Assembly: GCA_002633005.1 (NCBI GenBank)
Contig: NMRA01000035.1
Coordinates: forward strand, 600,863-664,862
DNA length: 64,000 bases
DNA from: Phoronis australis
Taxonomy: Eukaryota; Animalia; Phoronida
Direction of reading: 5' to 3'
Under the pieces are notes generated by a model. The model searched no databases, had not been told where the DNA came from, and saw only the letters and a program-made list of their open reading frames with translations. Each line of letters begins with the position of its first letter. The stretch's first letter is position 1. Made by a program: the position numbers and the translations under genes. Shown one piece after another: positions 27,304 through 46,000 of the stretch.

Positions 27304-28159
27304 CTGTTTAATCAGCTATTGAAGGGGCATTTTCGGCGAGTCGAAAAACGGTCTTTACCGAAATAAGTAATACCAAAGATTCGAACCCACTAACTCCGCA
27401 ATGCAGCTGCCGAATCTCATGCGTTAATAGCATGGCATTTAGCATACTCAAATGGTAAAGACGACGGTTCTGATTTCAGCTAAAGTCTGACAGACAACGG
27501 TGAGAGTTGAAGATTTGTGACAAATCGCAAAAACACAAAGGATTTTGTTGTTTTAAAATTATGACGCAAAGCCAAGAACTTCAAAAAGTCAATTCTATTC
27601 AACAATAATCCCGAAATTGTATTTTGACCAAAAAACGACGATGGCTTTCGTTTTTTTTAAGTGGTACTATAGTGCAAACTATTATGACATTTTTCACACC
27701 CATGTTGTTATCGCTGTATGGTATATGTATACAATAAATCCAAAGCACTTAAGTCATATCTAAATACCATAGTGCGTAATTTCAAATCAGTGCATAAGTT
27801 TTATCACATCGCAATGTCTCTAAGCAAAGCAACTGGTTTTTAACCTGTCAAACAACTGCGTGCAAACATTAGGGCATGTCTAAAATAGAAACCGTGTTTA
27901 CTCACAAGACGAAGGGGAAATTTGCGAGATAAAGTCGTCAGGGAATCAATGGCAAATTACTAATAGACATCACCTGTTTCATTCCCGAACTCGACGGCAC
28001 GGAGATAAGATATAAAAGTCCATAAGATTGTAGGATGACAAGGTTTTGAAATCGTTTGATTGAAATTGTAGCCGGTGAGAACGTGGTCGTAACAGACAAA
28101 ATTCGTGATGTTGATCAGAGCTGTGAGAAGAAGGAATTAAAACATTTTAGCCAAAAGAT

Positions 28160-32253
<4,094 letters not shown>

Positions 32254-33958
32254 CATGACAGTACTTTGTTTCTTTCAATGGCTACCGGGGTTTCCCCGGC
32301 AAAGAGCTCTAATTTTCCGAAATGATTTTGCTTCCAAAAAGCCCCTTTTGAAGCTCTTTAATTTGTTCTTCTTGTTTTCCAAATCACTTCTACGTTGGGC
32401 GCTGGTTTCAAATTTTGAAGCAATATCATGAGCCCAAGGTCCCAGCAGGACTGGAAAACATGCAACGTGGACTGAGGATGACATAAGGAGAAAACCGAAA
32501 GAAATGCTGTCAGGAAGACAAAAGCTAATATTTCATTTTTCTGGATAAAAGAACTTATTTTTGTTCACACCACCAAGCAAGCAACTGACATCTGGTAAAC
32601 TAAAATGCACTCAGGTTTCTGCCTGTATTACCGTCCTTCAGTATTTGGACGCTTACTGTCTGTTTATTGTTTACTTTCGCACTTCACACAGGCTGCAGAA
32701 AGTCCATAAGTACCGTTTGTTTGTTGTTTTATTGTTATCGTTTTTATGCAAATAGTCTTTTATTCGGCGTCCAGTGCGCCAGCCACATTCAGAATGTCGT
32801 CGTATAATGTTTCTGAAAATTTGACATTTGCCTTAGCCACTAACAGCAACACGATCTAGAATTTTCAAACATTCGGATAATTCTCCAGTAGGAAACGATA
32901 ACAAATGGTTTAAAATTTGAAGAGTTTTGTACTTCCGGTGAAAGAAACCCTGTTGAGATCACAGGCCCGCCCCGCATTCCAAGAAACTCGCGTCTCAAAA
33001 CTAGAGTGATAAGTCCTCCACGTTTTATGCACGGCAACCTGTTCTGGTGAATACTGGTATAACCATAGACGAAATACTCCGGCTATACCATACCGTACCA
33101 TTGCAACATCGAAACCACCAGCAACTCAAGAAAACGTTTTTATTGGGGTAGGCCAACTCTAAAATTGTGAATTTTAAAATGGCACTTTATACGCTTTGCC
33201 TGTGATTTCCCGCGTTGCTGTCTCATCCGTCAGCAATTCAAGATCGGGTGCGCTTGGAAAAGTTTTGTGCCTTAAGTGGCTTGGGTTAAAACTGTCTTTC
33301 CTCAGTGCATACAGTAGCTACAAAAAATAAAGAATTAATAGCCTCATAAGATCGGTCTCATAATCTTCCTTATCGTGAGAGGATTCTATTTCTGTTTCCA
33401 ACATGAACATTGAACCCATAAGCAACTCAAGAAAATGCATCAGACTCAACCTTAACATTATACCAAATCCGGTTTTGACCTATTAACGAATACTAAAATC
33501 GACTTTCCCCGCCAAGTTCCCTGAAACGAATGCTCTATAACCTTCGACAACCTTCAAAAGTTTGGAGGAAAATTTGAAAACTCCGGGCACGCGTGACCTA
33601 CGCTTTTAGCGAATTACATGACAACTGTGGTAAAAGACCTACCACCAAGGACCATGATGTCCAATTTGTGAGATAAGGTGTGTGAGTTTATAGTTGATTC
33701 CTGCATTTATCTTTCAAGATTGATGTCAGTGATGTATAAGCAAGTGACAGAACGAAGATGACATCATCAAAATAAGGTATGATGTTCCGAAGTTACACAG
33801 ATATGGATATTTTTCTATGGCCCAACGTAAGAATCCAACTTTGATAGCTAAACAGCTGCAAAATGCTCCTTTAGTTGTATACTAAACTTATCCATGTTCT
33901 TCGTCCATTGGCATATAACTTGAGTCACACAAGTAGAAGTCAATAAAAACGTTCATCC

Positions 33959-34115
33959 CAGTGGCGGATTTAAAGGGGGCCAATAGGGCCATGCACCCCC
34001 TAAAATTCCTCCAGATTCCATCTGGCAGTTCGGGGGTGTGAATGTCTGACGACCAAAATCCTGGCTAATACTCTGCCCTGCCCCCCCCCTAACTCAAAAT
34101 CCTGGTCCGCCCCTG
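33959..34115 (+). mobile_element. MITE family A, 5-bp TSD catcc
   Basis: TIRs cagtggcgga / tccgcccctg, with catcc on both sides. Confidence 0.82.
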
Positions 34116-35168
34116 CATCCACTGTGTCACAAAATGGATATTATGATTGTCGTGTAACTACCCTAAACCGTTGGTCTCGCTTACTCGTGAGGCTTTTATA
34201 AGAAGTTTTCAAAATTTGCTCCAAATTTTAGATGGTTGGCGAGAGTTAATAATATCCGTTGTTAATATCGGTTTACAGGTCAGTATCCTTTGAAATAATT
34301 TGTTACCTATGGCATGTCTTAAAGATGCAAAGTCTCATTAAATCGTGAATATGCAAATGAAGTACTAATTTTCAAACACCCCCGGGTCCTCCAGTGTGCT
34401 GGAAACCAACCGAGAACCAGTTAACATTACAATCTCGCGATGTAAATGAGTATGGTAATATTTCATCGTCACCTTAATGAAGCAAGGCGCAGTTTTAATT
34501 ATTTGTTTATTTCATAGTAAAATAACTATCGCGCAATATTTGGGAGGGTTAGGGTTTTTCATAAATTCACGTTACACTTGTTTTTAAGCGTATCAGCTGT
34601 GGTGTTTTCTTTAAAACCGCAATTCATTTACAAATTGTATCTTTTAATGATTATTCTCGTACATACAGTTCTGCAGCAAGTCGCTTGGTGGCGTTTGCTA
34701 CGAATTTGAATAATGAGACATCTCCCTTCTACGTAAGCTTACGACTGACATTAAGCAGTAGAGTGTGGATGCTGTACCCAACCCTGTCAATGCTACTTAA
34801 GTTTGACACATTTTTTATTCCCTGACCTAGATGTTTTTTGAACGAATCCATTTTCTATAATGGTAAGAAACAATTTGAGACTTTTTTCGTGTGACTGAGT
34901 AATTTAGACCAGTGCCTACTCTGCCATCTCGACCGGAACTCCCAAGTTATCTTTGACACTGTTGGAACTAGCACAAGTGTCAACTCAATTGCGACATCTG
35001 TGATTGAATCTTCCGAGTATATCCTGGTTCCACCAAATGAGTTTCCAGTCCAAATTCGCACTTCAGGATCCCAAGACTACAAACTCAAGTTCAAACTCGA
35101 ACTTCTTTTTATAGCTTTAAATGTATAGTAGAAAATTGAAAAAATAATTCAGAGTTTGAGTTTAGACG

Positions 35169-35328
35169 CAGGAGCTGCTTTATCCAAGATCGCTAAGCAA
35201 AGTTCGGTCGTAGCTAAGACAGTCGTCATCACGTTATTGCAAACGTTTGCAATAACGTGATGAAACTCTTTAGGAAGCGCGAAAACTTAGGTAAGACTGG
35301 TCTTAGACCTCTGACGAAACGGGCCCAG
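35169..35328. mobile_element. Harbinger-like MITE containing a perfect 38-bp palindrome (35226-35263)
   Basis: The right end gaaacgggcccag resembles the 1886-2147 element. The palindrome is tcatcacgttattgcaaac|gtttgcaataacgtgatga. Confidence 0.55.
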
Positions 35329-37304
35329 GTCACTACATGTACATGAGTTCGTAACTTCAGATAGTGAGTTAGATGGAGATGTCTGTGTAGTCATAGATGG
35401 TGGCAATATCGATTGAAAAGTTTTAAAGATAATCAATGACTTTCATTCCTTGTTCTATTTTGAGTGAAAGTGACTTATTTTATCCGATTTCTTCACAGAA
35501 TTCCAGGACAGCCACATGTTTTCGATTCCTAGTAAAAAACTGCAAATCTGTCACGAAATAGCCCACGAATAGCAAAGGATGTTTCCACATTTTGTTTATG
35601 TTCGCGCCGGCAAACACGGAACGTCCGTTTGATTCCTACTTGGATGTTTTTTATTTATTGTGATATTTAAAATGAGGATGACCTCTTCAGTGATAGCACT
35701 GCTTTCCAAGAGGGCCCTCAACAAATGTGATGCAAGCTCATGCGATGCGTAGTCTGACCTCCACCAAAACAACTACATCACCGTGGGTAACGCAACAGTT
35801 GGTCACCTTGATATTTGCGAGGTCGTGTTTTTATACGCACGGCATCAAAACACAGATTGTTTATATTTCAGTTATTACAAATTGACTGAATTTAATATTC
35901 AGTTGCAAGAGTAATGATACGAGACAAGTAAACTGATGTAGAAAACGTTCAATAGGCAGAAAATATGCAGACTGAAGTCATTGATAATCTTGAACCACTA
36001 GATGAAATCAAACACATTGCACTTGTGGTTCAATTATAATTACAAATACTGTGAGTCGCTGCTAACTCAAATTAAATACAAGTAGAACACAAAACATAAG
36101 GTGGAGGTATGCTCGTGCATTACCGTGTTTAACGACTTGACTTTCGATCAGTCGGCAGATCCACCAAACCACACTGCTTGATCACGTGGCATTCCCTGAG
36201 TGCAAAACAGTACTAGTTTCTCGAAATGCTACACAAAATGTATGCGGTATGCTATTTTTACAATTCAGACGCTCTAAGGGCCCCGTACAAAATTTCCAAT
36301 TTACAAGTGGGTATTGATTAACCGTGGATAATGTGTTGTTTTAGAATACGGTTACGTTCACACACAGCTTTTCCTTTTGATATTCATAGAACGTCACTGA
36401 CAATTCACCGTGGCGCTCGTACGATCAAAGGTCGTACACCCAGTCGCAGTTACGGGCGTCATAGCTTAGATTTTTTTCAAGCGCGCTCTTCACATATTCA
36501 AAATTTAGTAATAAAAACGGTTGATTAATGTTTAAACTATATAGGAGCGATTTTACGTTGTTTCGTTCTTTTTAAGATCACTGCGTTGCTTTCGCAGTTA
36601 TTGCATGCGAAAGTCTTATCTGCGGCCAGGCGTACAACCATTAGAAAGTAAGAGAGCTTCGAGTCACCAAATGTCACATGTTCATGCTCGCGTGTGCGTT
36701 GTGTTCTATTTTTGTTTGCGGATAAACGTGCGTTCACTTTTAACTGGTGGCGCTGTAGTCAACAAGAAAATGATTGACTATGATCTATTGGATTTGGCGC
36801 TCTTGGAAGATGACTTCGACTTAATGGACTTGCTCGTGTCGGTTCCATAGCGTGGGTGACAAATCACGAAAAAATCAATATCTCTGGTGTAAAAGTTCTA
36901 CGTTTTCATTTTTCCTGATCCCAAAAGTGATTTTGGGCGAGTATGCAGAAAAAATCTTCGTGTTTAATTCACAAACTCACAGTTATTCCTGGTTGGTGTG
37001 AATATTTTGTAATAAAAGGATTCTTCCCATTTACTTTCATGGCGTATTACCGAGATTGAGATGTTTTGGCCCGAAACATGGGTATACTTTTTTGTGTCAC
37101 CCATTTCCCCCTGATTACCGTGGCTTTTCTGAGAAAAATCATCAACGTGTCGAGGGCTTCAGAACAAAGGTGCACTATTCTACACCTTCTCCTGGATGGC
37201 TAAACTTTCTAAAAAGGAGGAGTTGCATAAATTTAACGATGTTTTACAACAAAGTGTCAATTAAAACTCACGTTGTGCACTCATGCGAGACATTAGGCAA
37301 TGCG

Positions 37305-37600
37305 CAGTGGCGGATCTAGGATACCATAAGGGGGGGGGCAACATGTTGTCTCGGGGAATAGGGCAAAGCGCGATTGTATGTGCAGCGAAGGCCCGAAGTT
37401 ACGGGAGCTGGGTATGTGGACCTTCTGTTCGGAAAATCCACCGATGGACTAAAAAAAACCGGAAGCGCCGCGATCTGGGGCACCCCCTGCTCCGCGTTCT
37501 AGTTGCTTAATCATTATTTCCTCGCGCTTCACGCTGTTGCTGTTTCATTTTTGTTTACGGCAGCCAAGGCGGGGAGCCGGGACCCCTAAATCCGCCTGTG
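37305..37600 (+). mobile_element. MITE family B, 5-bp TSD atgcg
   Basis: TIRs cagtggcggatctagg / cctaaatccgcctgtg, with atgcg on both sides. A second copy lies at ~55398-55680. Confidence 0.82.
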
Positions 37601-38355
37601 ATGCGTACGCTAACACTGTTTGCACGTGCATTCCTCACCCAACAGTCTTCAGCGAATTTCTCTGCCGGAGCCATCACACGTCGAAGTGAGCTTATCGCTA
37701 TTCATGAGCTTGGTCCAATGTGTATTGGACGAGATAATAATGGTCGCAACCAACGGGTTTGTTTAACGTAACAAGCAATAAGTAAGGTAAGCGACCAAAA
37801 TGACCGTTTTTACAATTGAAGTCTTCGAATTTTTAAATCGGTGAATTATAAGAGAAATTATAGCGAATATTTTTCTTCAGCAGCGCGACTCTGCCACGCG
37901 GATGAATCAACTTTTTATGAAATAGTAGGTTAGTCACAGTGTGGCTTAAGCGCGCTTTTATAGCTTTGGGGTGACAATATAAGGCCAAATGTAAGCGTAC
38001 GAGATAACTAGGAGACTCGTGATCATCTGTCTCCATGTTAGCGTCCGTGTAAAGAGACCGTCAGCGTGAAAATGTAGGTCAACATTGTGACGTAGTGATA
38101 GAGCAACGGGATGCAGAGCTCACGCGTTCGTGTTTATTTATTGCCGAAGCTCTATAGTGATGAGCACGTGCATTGACATGCGATGTTCAAGTTATGACGC
38201 AAGGTTAAGTAGTCAAATACCTGCCTGAGCAAAACCAACAAGATTCCGTCTCATTTTAGTATAACACCCGTAATACAACGTTCACCTGCAATATTACACA
38301 CGGTGTAATAAAATGTGAACAAGGGATAAGGAGTCATCGAGCCCTCGATCGTCTT

Positions 38356-41300
38356 CTACGAATGTCTATTTATCACTTTAGTAATCCATTTCCTGTAATT
38401 GGACACACGGGTATAGATACCAAATTTCCCCTTGTCTCCACACCCTTCACCAAAACTTGTCACACCATACGCTACCCAACGACGAATATTTCCTCGCTTT
38501 AACTTGCAAATTAAGGGTCCACCACTATCGCCAGAGCAAGAGTCCACACTTCCGTCAGAAGAACCAGCACATAGTTGGTTGTCAGTGATCGAATACTCGA
38601 AAGCTGACTGACAGGTAGCGTTATCGACAAGAGGAATGCGAGCCTGCATGAGAACAGTGGAGCCGAAAATATGCGTTTCTCTCTCCTTACCCCACCCAAC
38701 AGTGTAGCACTCGCTGTTTAATGGTGCTTCTTCACTGCGTTCCGGAATACACGCGAATCCAACAGTAGGACCTGCTTCAACAGACTTTTTCAATTTTAGC
38801 AGAGCCAGGTCGTTATCAATAGTTTCACGGTCGTACCTCGGATGTACGAAATCCTGAAGTACACGCGACGTCACTTCAGTGCCTTCAAAAGAGCCAAAGT
38901 CGTGTTCGCCAATACGCACTATAACCTTTCTACGCCGACCGTTCTTGCGGACACAGTGTGCAGCCGTCAGGACCCATCTTGGCGCAATCAGAGTACCGCC
39001 GCAATAGTGTTCTTTGAAGCGATTCAACAAGGCCACCTGTAACACAATTATGTAAGTTTGCTGTAAAATCGAGCATTGAATAAGAGCTGAACTGAACGAT
39101 GATCGTTTAAGAAATAAATCAGCGCTTTGGTTAAGCAAAACCACGTGTTGATCAAGCACATTCAAACGCGCAGAAAGGTACTCGTTTAAGAACCCTTTAA
39201 CGCTTCAGTCTATTCTGGCTCATAATTGGTCAAAGAAATGAGGTAACTTAGGAACGAAGGCCTTTCATCTCAATAATTGACCTATCGCAAGCTCTACCCC
39301 CTTGTATAATGTCGACTAACAAACAATAAGTTTTACCCGGCAACGTGTTGTTTGTCGGGTAAAATGGCGGCTTAGAAACGAAGGTGTGTCAATAATGCTG
39401 CGTTCTAAATGGTCAGTTAAGCCGTCACTCAAAACCCTAGCGATAGGACAATTCTTATATTGTTGATGTCCCTTTGGGTAACGGCAAAATATTTACAATT
39501 TCACTAAACGAGTATCAACTCACGTGACTTTGAAAATAAGGAAATCAATATTGTCAAGAACTTGACTGCATTTTCAGCTTCCACGAAGCCGACTACTGGC
39601 TGGAGGCCGGAACGAGGCTATCAATCATGGGGCTCCGCAAATGAAGTCCTACAACGGCACTACCGTAGTAGAAGGGGTAAGTATATCCCCTTGATATTTA
39701 CCTGAAGTATCGTACCAAGTTGTGTTCGTTGCTTCTTTTTCACATTCTATAGCCTTGGTCAAGTTTACTGATGGGAATTTCTTCCTTATATTCTTCAATC
39801 GAGTATTTACATGTATAGGGATAGCACAGGGAGCAAAAAGTGTGCTGTACAAAATTATGTTTTTATGTAAAAAACCTCAAGTGCTTTCATATTTTATCCG
39901 TGAGTACAATTGTTGACTTAAAATCTTTGTTTAGAACTAAAAGATCGTCGATCTATTTCGTGCCACACAAAACCAGTTCAGTCGCACAGGTTAAGAAATT
40001 GCACACTTACTGATGCAAAACGTTGTTTGTATATTGATTTGATATTACAATTCCAAGTATATATATCATAGTTAATAATTTTATCCACTTAAACTGTCAT
40101 GAAATCCGTGAACTTCATGATATATATTACTTAGTACGTTAGTTTGACAGTATTATTGATATTATTTTTTGCTAGCGAATTGTTTGTGTTTATAGTAACT
40201 TGTTTTGGCTGTCAGCTGAGTCAGCGACCGACCCATCCGGTGCGTCCGCACCTATTTTGATGATCTCTGTAGTAAACAAGATTATGTAATGGTCATTCAC
40301 AGAATCATAGCCTCAAGACAGCTGACCATTACCATATATGGCAAACACAACAGAATAGTTCTGATGATTGTTGTGAAAGTTCATAGAGTTGTTTACTGTT
40401 ATTTCCTGTAAAATCTTGAATCATGAAGTTTAGTGCATGCAACCCACATATTTGTAACTTGTAAATAAATCCGTTCACTTGCCTAATACAGTCCTCATCT
40501 TGCTTCTGCCAGTTGCTTTACTAGTGTAATTGAGTGTTCCACACTTAGTTACTGAATACAACTATCTCACTGACGGACCGAGACAGTCCACACAAAACAC
40601 AACGCTGCTACTAAGTCGAGTTGTTATACTACATAAACTGCGAGATTTCTACATCGTTAAGACGGGATTCAATTCAGACTTCCCGCAATGTCGCAGAGTT
40701 GACGTTCTCTGGCCTTTGCCATTGGGGTATGGCGTCCTAACGTATAAAAGTTGAAGCCCCACCAAGAGGTTGAGCACTCCACTCGCTAGACCGCAATTGC
40801 CGCGCTTAGAAGTGAACTGCAAGATACGTGAATGTGTGACTGGCAGACGTTTTGAAAAGTTTATTACAAACTCTGTCTCGAATTGAACAACCACGACGAT
40901 GTTCTGACAAAAATAATTGTTTGAAAATTATGCTTTTTCTATACGACGTCACTGTAAAAACCAACACTGGCATTTAATTTCGAAGAACACTTGCAAATCA
41001 CAAGATACAAAAACAAAGACTTCTAAAAATGTTATCACTTTTGAACGCTTTCTAGGGGAGAAGGTCGGTGAAGATCACGGTTTGTACGTTTGTAAAAATG
41101 GCGATAATTGTGCACAGTCGTAAACGCTCAAATTCGTGACCAGACTTCATGCGCCCTGCACAAAATCAACGCAAAAACACCGATAGTCTATGTCTACAGG
41201 CGCCGACCTAACCAATAGTTCCGCAGGGCTCCCTCGGTCATACTCCTGTGTGGTCAACGGCTCACAGTGGATACGAGAGGTGAATAATCAAATTATTTTA

Positions 41301-42919
41301 CATTTGAAAATTCAATCAAGAACATGTTGAGATGAGAAAATGACCACGAGCAAGTTCGTGGACGGCCGCCAGTGGTGAGGGTCGTCGCACTGAAATCAGG
41401 CGTACACAGAAATAGGTAAATTGAATTATTGCTCATTACCGGTCAAGACGGGTGGTCAAATATTGCAAGTTACTACTCCGCAGTCTCTCATATGGAAACC
41501 AGATATTCGGTAGGACGGTTTTCACTGATAATCACGTTACCAGTTCGTCGAGTTTTGGTTTGAACAAACAATTCTGGGAGGCTGTTTCGGCCATGATTAG
41601 AATGGAAGTTAATAAAGTTAACATGTGTCTGCTTTCTTATATCTACCTCTGCCCCTTGCAACACAAGCGCGTCACTTGGTAACCTGCATCAGCCACGCAA
41701 AGCAATCCGCTGTGAAAACGAATTTAAAATACTCGATTCAATAACTTTGAGAATTTGTTTTTATGCTTAAAAGTATTCCAAGAAGTGCGGAGACGTTTAC
41801 ACTGGAAAGCTACTTCAAACTTTTGTTTGCAACACGATCAAACTCGGACTTGATGTTTTGGTGAAACTGGCACCCAGCCTACACTAGCTAACTCTGCCAA
41901 ACTAGTCCTGATTAGCAACCCGTTTACTTGCAACTAGAAACTTTTGTTAGCAAACTTGGGTTTGGTCGAGTTTACAAACAAAAGTTGCCAATGAAATATG
42001 CCGCGTTTAAACAAATGACGTACAGCTCAAGAGACAAAAAATGATTCTTTGCTAAAGGGAATGCCTGTGTTAAGCGAGATACCGCTAGTCTAGGACGTGT
42101 GGTGTCCACAGTAGTTACGAGGATTACTCAAATTACCTCCATTTTTAAGAGTGTACAAACAGTGCGCTTTTGGGGAACTTTTGAGGGGATCGGGCCTTGC
42201 TGCTAGCATGATGACGTCATAAACATGTCGATATCAAATAACAGAAGTTAACATTTTTAAGTACGAATTAAGAACATGATTAATCAAATGATAGCATAAA
42301 CGTCGCCAATGTTCAACCAGGTAAAAACAACAAATTGTTTGAAAACAATGTTTTATTTTTACATTATGTCACAGCAAAAATAAAATTTAGCATTTAATTT
42401 TGAGTACACTTGCAGTTTAACATGCAAAAACATACTAGACTTTAAAAGACATTGCCTTTTTATATGCTTTCGCCAAGGGAGGGATGGTTAGGGAAAGCGT
42501 GAAAATGGCGATAATTGTGAACGGTCCCTTGCATGGGTGGCATATACGGGACAAACCGCTATACTGTGTTGACTTTCATGGCCATATTCCCAACAAAAAG
42601 GTGCCTTTTCCAATTAAATTCACTGCGAAGGGAATCTTCCGTTTTTGGACTCAGGAATTCCAAAAGGGCATTTTTGCCACAGCTCTACAAAAAGTTCGAT
42701 CTTTTATTGAGAATTGTTGCGTTAAAAAAGACCGGAGGACTGCTTTAATAAATAACCATTTGCAATGTTTAAACTGTTTAATAAGAAGTTAAAGAACTGG
42801 TATGGGGGTAAATCTCTACCAAAGATTGTCTTTTTCGTAAAAACTTCCAGCAAACAGGTTAATCGTGATACCAACTAAATAAAAGGGCGACCACAGCAGC
42901 TGCAGCTGCTGGGCACATC

Positions 42920-42982
<63 letters not shown>

Positions 42983-42984
42983 CT

Positions 42985-43017
<33 letters not shown>

Positions 43018-46000
43018 GCAGCAGCAGCAATTCCATCGGGGTAGCACGTGTGAGCGATAGGTTGGTGTAAGTAAAGAGAGGGGCCCAGGCTTTCATGGAG
43101 GTGTGTGTCTCCCAGTGTTTTCCTACGGGCCTGCACGGTATTAACCTTTTCACGTCTAGGGGACGCCACATGCGCAACGGATTCTGTGAAATCCTTCCTT
43201 CACAGATACTAAAATGTACAGTTCTAATCACCGTGCGGTTGGTGGAAAGAAGGAGTACCTCATAAATCCGTATACCGGGAAACGCATGCATTTGTTTTTC
43301 TGTATCAATCAAACGGTCAGGTGGCCGCTTGAACGCGTGACAAACTGACCACATTGCGACCAGCGACAGACGTCATATTCACAAAGGATGATTGTGGGAT
43401 CATAGCGGTCACTCCTAGCAGCGCTGACGCCAGCAGACGTTGGCCGTGCGATTGGTGAAGAGATGACTTCATTTTATTAGTATTTCTAGCAGCCAAGTGT
43501 TCAGTTTTTCATAGCCTGTAAACGGATAGCACTGGTCTATCATCAACTGCCAGCTTACCGACCACACAATCGCCTGCCGGACACTTCCGGAGTAGAAGGA
43601 CTTGAATCCCGCAAATCTGTGCTCTGAGATATCTAAGCATAACGCATTCACTTTCGCTGTTTGTAAAACCGCCAATTGTACGACTTACCTGCCAAGGCCA
43701 TTTCCCCGGAAATGCTTCGACCCCGCCAATGACTCTTTTTACGATTCGATGGTGATATTGAACTAAACCGCACTCGCTTAAGTTGTGGCTCACGGGTAAT
43801 CCTGAATTTGTTGGTGTTTTCTTCGTAGGTATGCTGCCCTGATCTGTAACATTCTCTGAAACGATATTTATAATCCAAATTGCAATGCTCACGAAGGAAA
43901 TTAATAATGAAGGGTACACGAGATAAAGTTGCTCAGGAAACATTTAAAAATGTGCAGAGTAACTACGAAGAAACCGAATTAGCGTTTGTAGGATCTTGTC
44001 GACTAGTTTGCGTATTTAGATAGATATCTGTAAAACTATATGTTTTAACTTTGTGAACGTACATATTTTCTGAAAGTAGAAAACCTGTATAAGTTGTGTT
44101 AATATATTTTTAAAATCTGCCATTAACTAGGTCATGTGACAATGTCTTTTTAGTAATGTGAAGCAAAAAAGAAGGTACAATAATATAAAAACAACGATAT
44201 CAGCAACTATGACATGATCAAATACTTTCTTATTTAAATATTCTTGATGACATCTTAAAAATGCTGTTACAGTTTTCTCAAATGTCATTTTGTTTTCGTA
44301 TTATGAAATGTTACATTTTTCATAAAAATGATAAATGCCCTATTTTGAACACAAAGCATTTTTGTAAAAAACAGCGATCTTATTCGTATATTTTTCGGTA
44401 CGCGAAAACTAGACATTTTAAAGCATAATCCTAACAGCGTTTTTAGATAATAACGTAAAGTTTTCACGTAAAAAATTAGTAAAATTGGCTGAGAGGTTAT
44501 TTTGCTATGAATGTACCTTTCTTGTACATATAAATTTGGCTTAAAAGCGCGGTCACGTGACAATAATAAAGACACAGTAATAAGAAGCATATTTTTAGAA
44601 CCCTCGATTTTTGTCATGTTAGAAAATATACAGTTTTAACGGCTGACAAAGCATATTTTTTCGATATTTGATTTAAAGTTGAAGTCGTTTATTGACAGAG
44701 GTCCCAGATGGATATANCCCCCCCCCCCCTACAGGCCATCACAAAAACTATATTAGATCACTAACCGTTATCGAACTGGTCTCAAATTGTTCCTCAGTCA
44801 AATTGGAGTCGATGATTATCATTGCTTCAGCAGAACTATAAGTTTGTAATTTCGGAAGACCAAGCTAATAAAATTTCATGTCATGCCAGTGTATGGAAAT
44901 TTAGGAGCTTTGTTTGAAGAGATAACAAATTGTCTGTCTCTCCCGAGCTCAGAGGTCTAAATTGCCAAGGAACAAAACAAGACCATTTTTATAATGGCAA
45001 GTGGCCTAAATCAAAACCTGTTTTTTGACAGAAGGCGCGGGTTAAATGCCATTTTAAGCAGTAACAACAGGTGTCGTTCCTCCAGAAGATGAACCAATTC
45101 TGTCAGTGAAAAGTCTATACACTTTTAAGATTACGTGATACCCAACAGAATTACGACGAAGGAATTGTGAGAAATCTTATTGTTGTTCAGTGTCATTAAT
45201 CCAAAGATATCAAATAGGATTTCTCCTAGTTCCGTGCTGTCGTGTCTGCATTCTGTTGTGTATTACGCAGATGTTAAAAGTAAACAAATGAAATTGTAGT
45301 CAAGGTCATAGTCAGACTGTGTTCAGGCGTCATGTGTTACCTGCACGTGATTCTGTGGGTCGAGAAGCTGCATTCTCGTTTCTAGGCCCGTTTACCACTG
45401 GTTTCGGTGTAACTGGTTTGGATTTGATGAAATTGTTGTTAATTGTATATCTAGCATACTTTTCGCATTCGGTTCCCTTGGGAAAACAGTGGCGTTCATC
45501 CCGTACAATTGAATCGCGGCACCAAGCCTTCAAAGCGCATGCGCGAGTTCTGCGCTGTTTGCACTGTCGGGAACATGGACCCCAGCTTCCCCACGTAGTG
45601 TAGAAGAAGTCGTACATGAAACTAGTGAATGTTTCATCCGAAACTTCCTTTGATTGCGAATCGGTTGTATTGCTCCCGTTACAAGAACCCAATAGACATC
45701 TGCGTGTTTCTCTGGTTGCCCCGTCTTCCCCACATGCGCCTGGTGCCGAACACTCACGAATCCTGCTTTGTTTACAAGAGCGCGTGCATGGAGACCAATC
45801 CGACCAGGTTGTATATGATGACCTTGTACCATCTACCTGAAAAAAACAATATGCTGACTTGAAGCAAAATATCGAAACAGGCACTTGGTGAACGTCCGAT
45901 GCATTCCCATCAGCTCGTTTTCGCCACCTCTCATATCTGGGCAGGGGTCGGCTAATAGGTCCAGACTTCATGTTCAATAAATTTGGTCTGNTTAAAATCT

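Noticed and set aside
34542-34559. gggagggttagggtttt as a telomerase RNA template or interstitial telomere
   Set aside because: Only ~1.5 repeats, and no convincing pseudoknot or H/ACA domain downstream.
36770-36850. Acidic peptide MIDYDLLDLALLEDDFDLMDLL resembling a Harbinger transposase start
   Set aside because: Too short, with a stop right after and no downstream DDE homology visible.
39037-39165. N-terminal extension of the 269-aa protease ORF (similar extensions in the 43509-43943 and 45330-45977 ORFs)
   Set aside because: Intron read-through; canonical splice sites delimit the true exons.
42816-43354. ORFs with poly-Leu, poly-Ala and poly-Cys tracts
   Set aside because: They are artefacts of the intronic (CAG)n microsatellite being stop-free on the minus strand.
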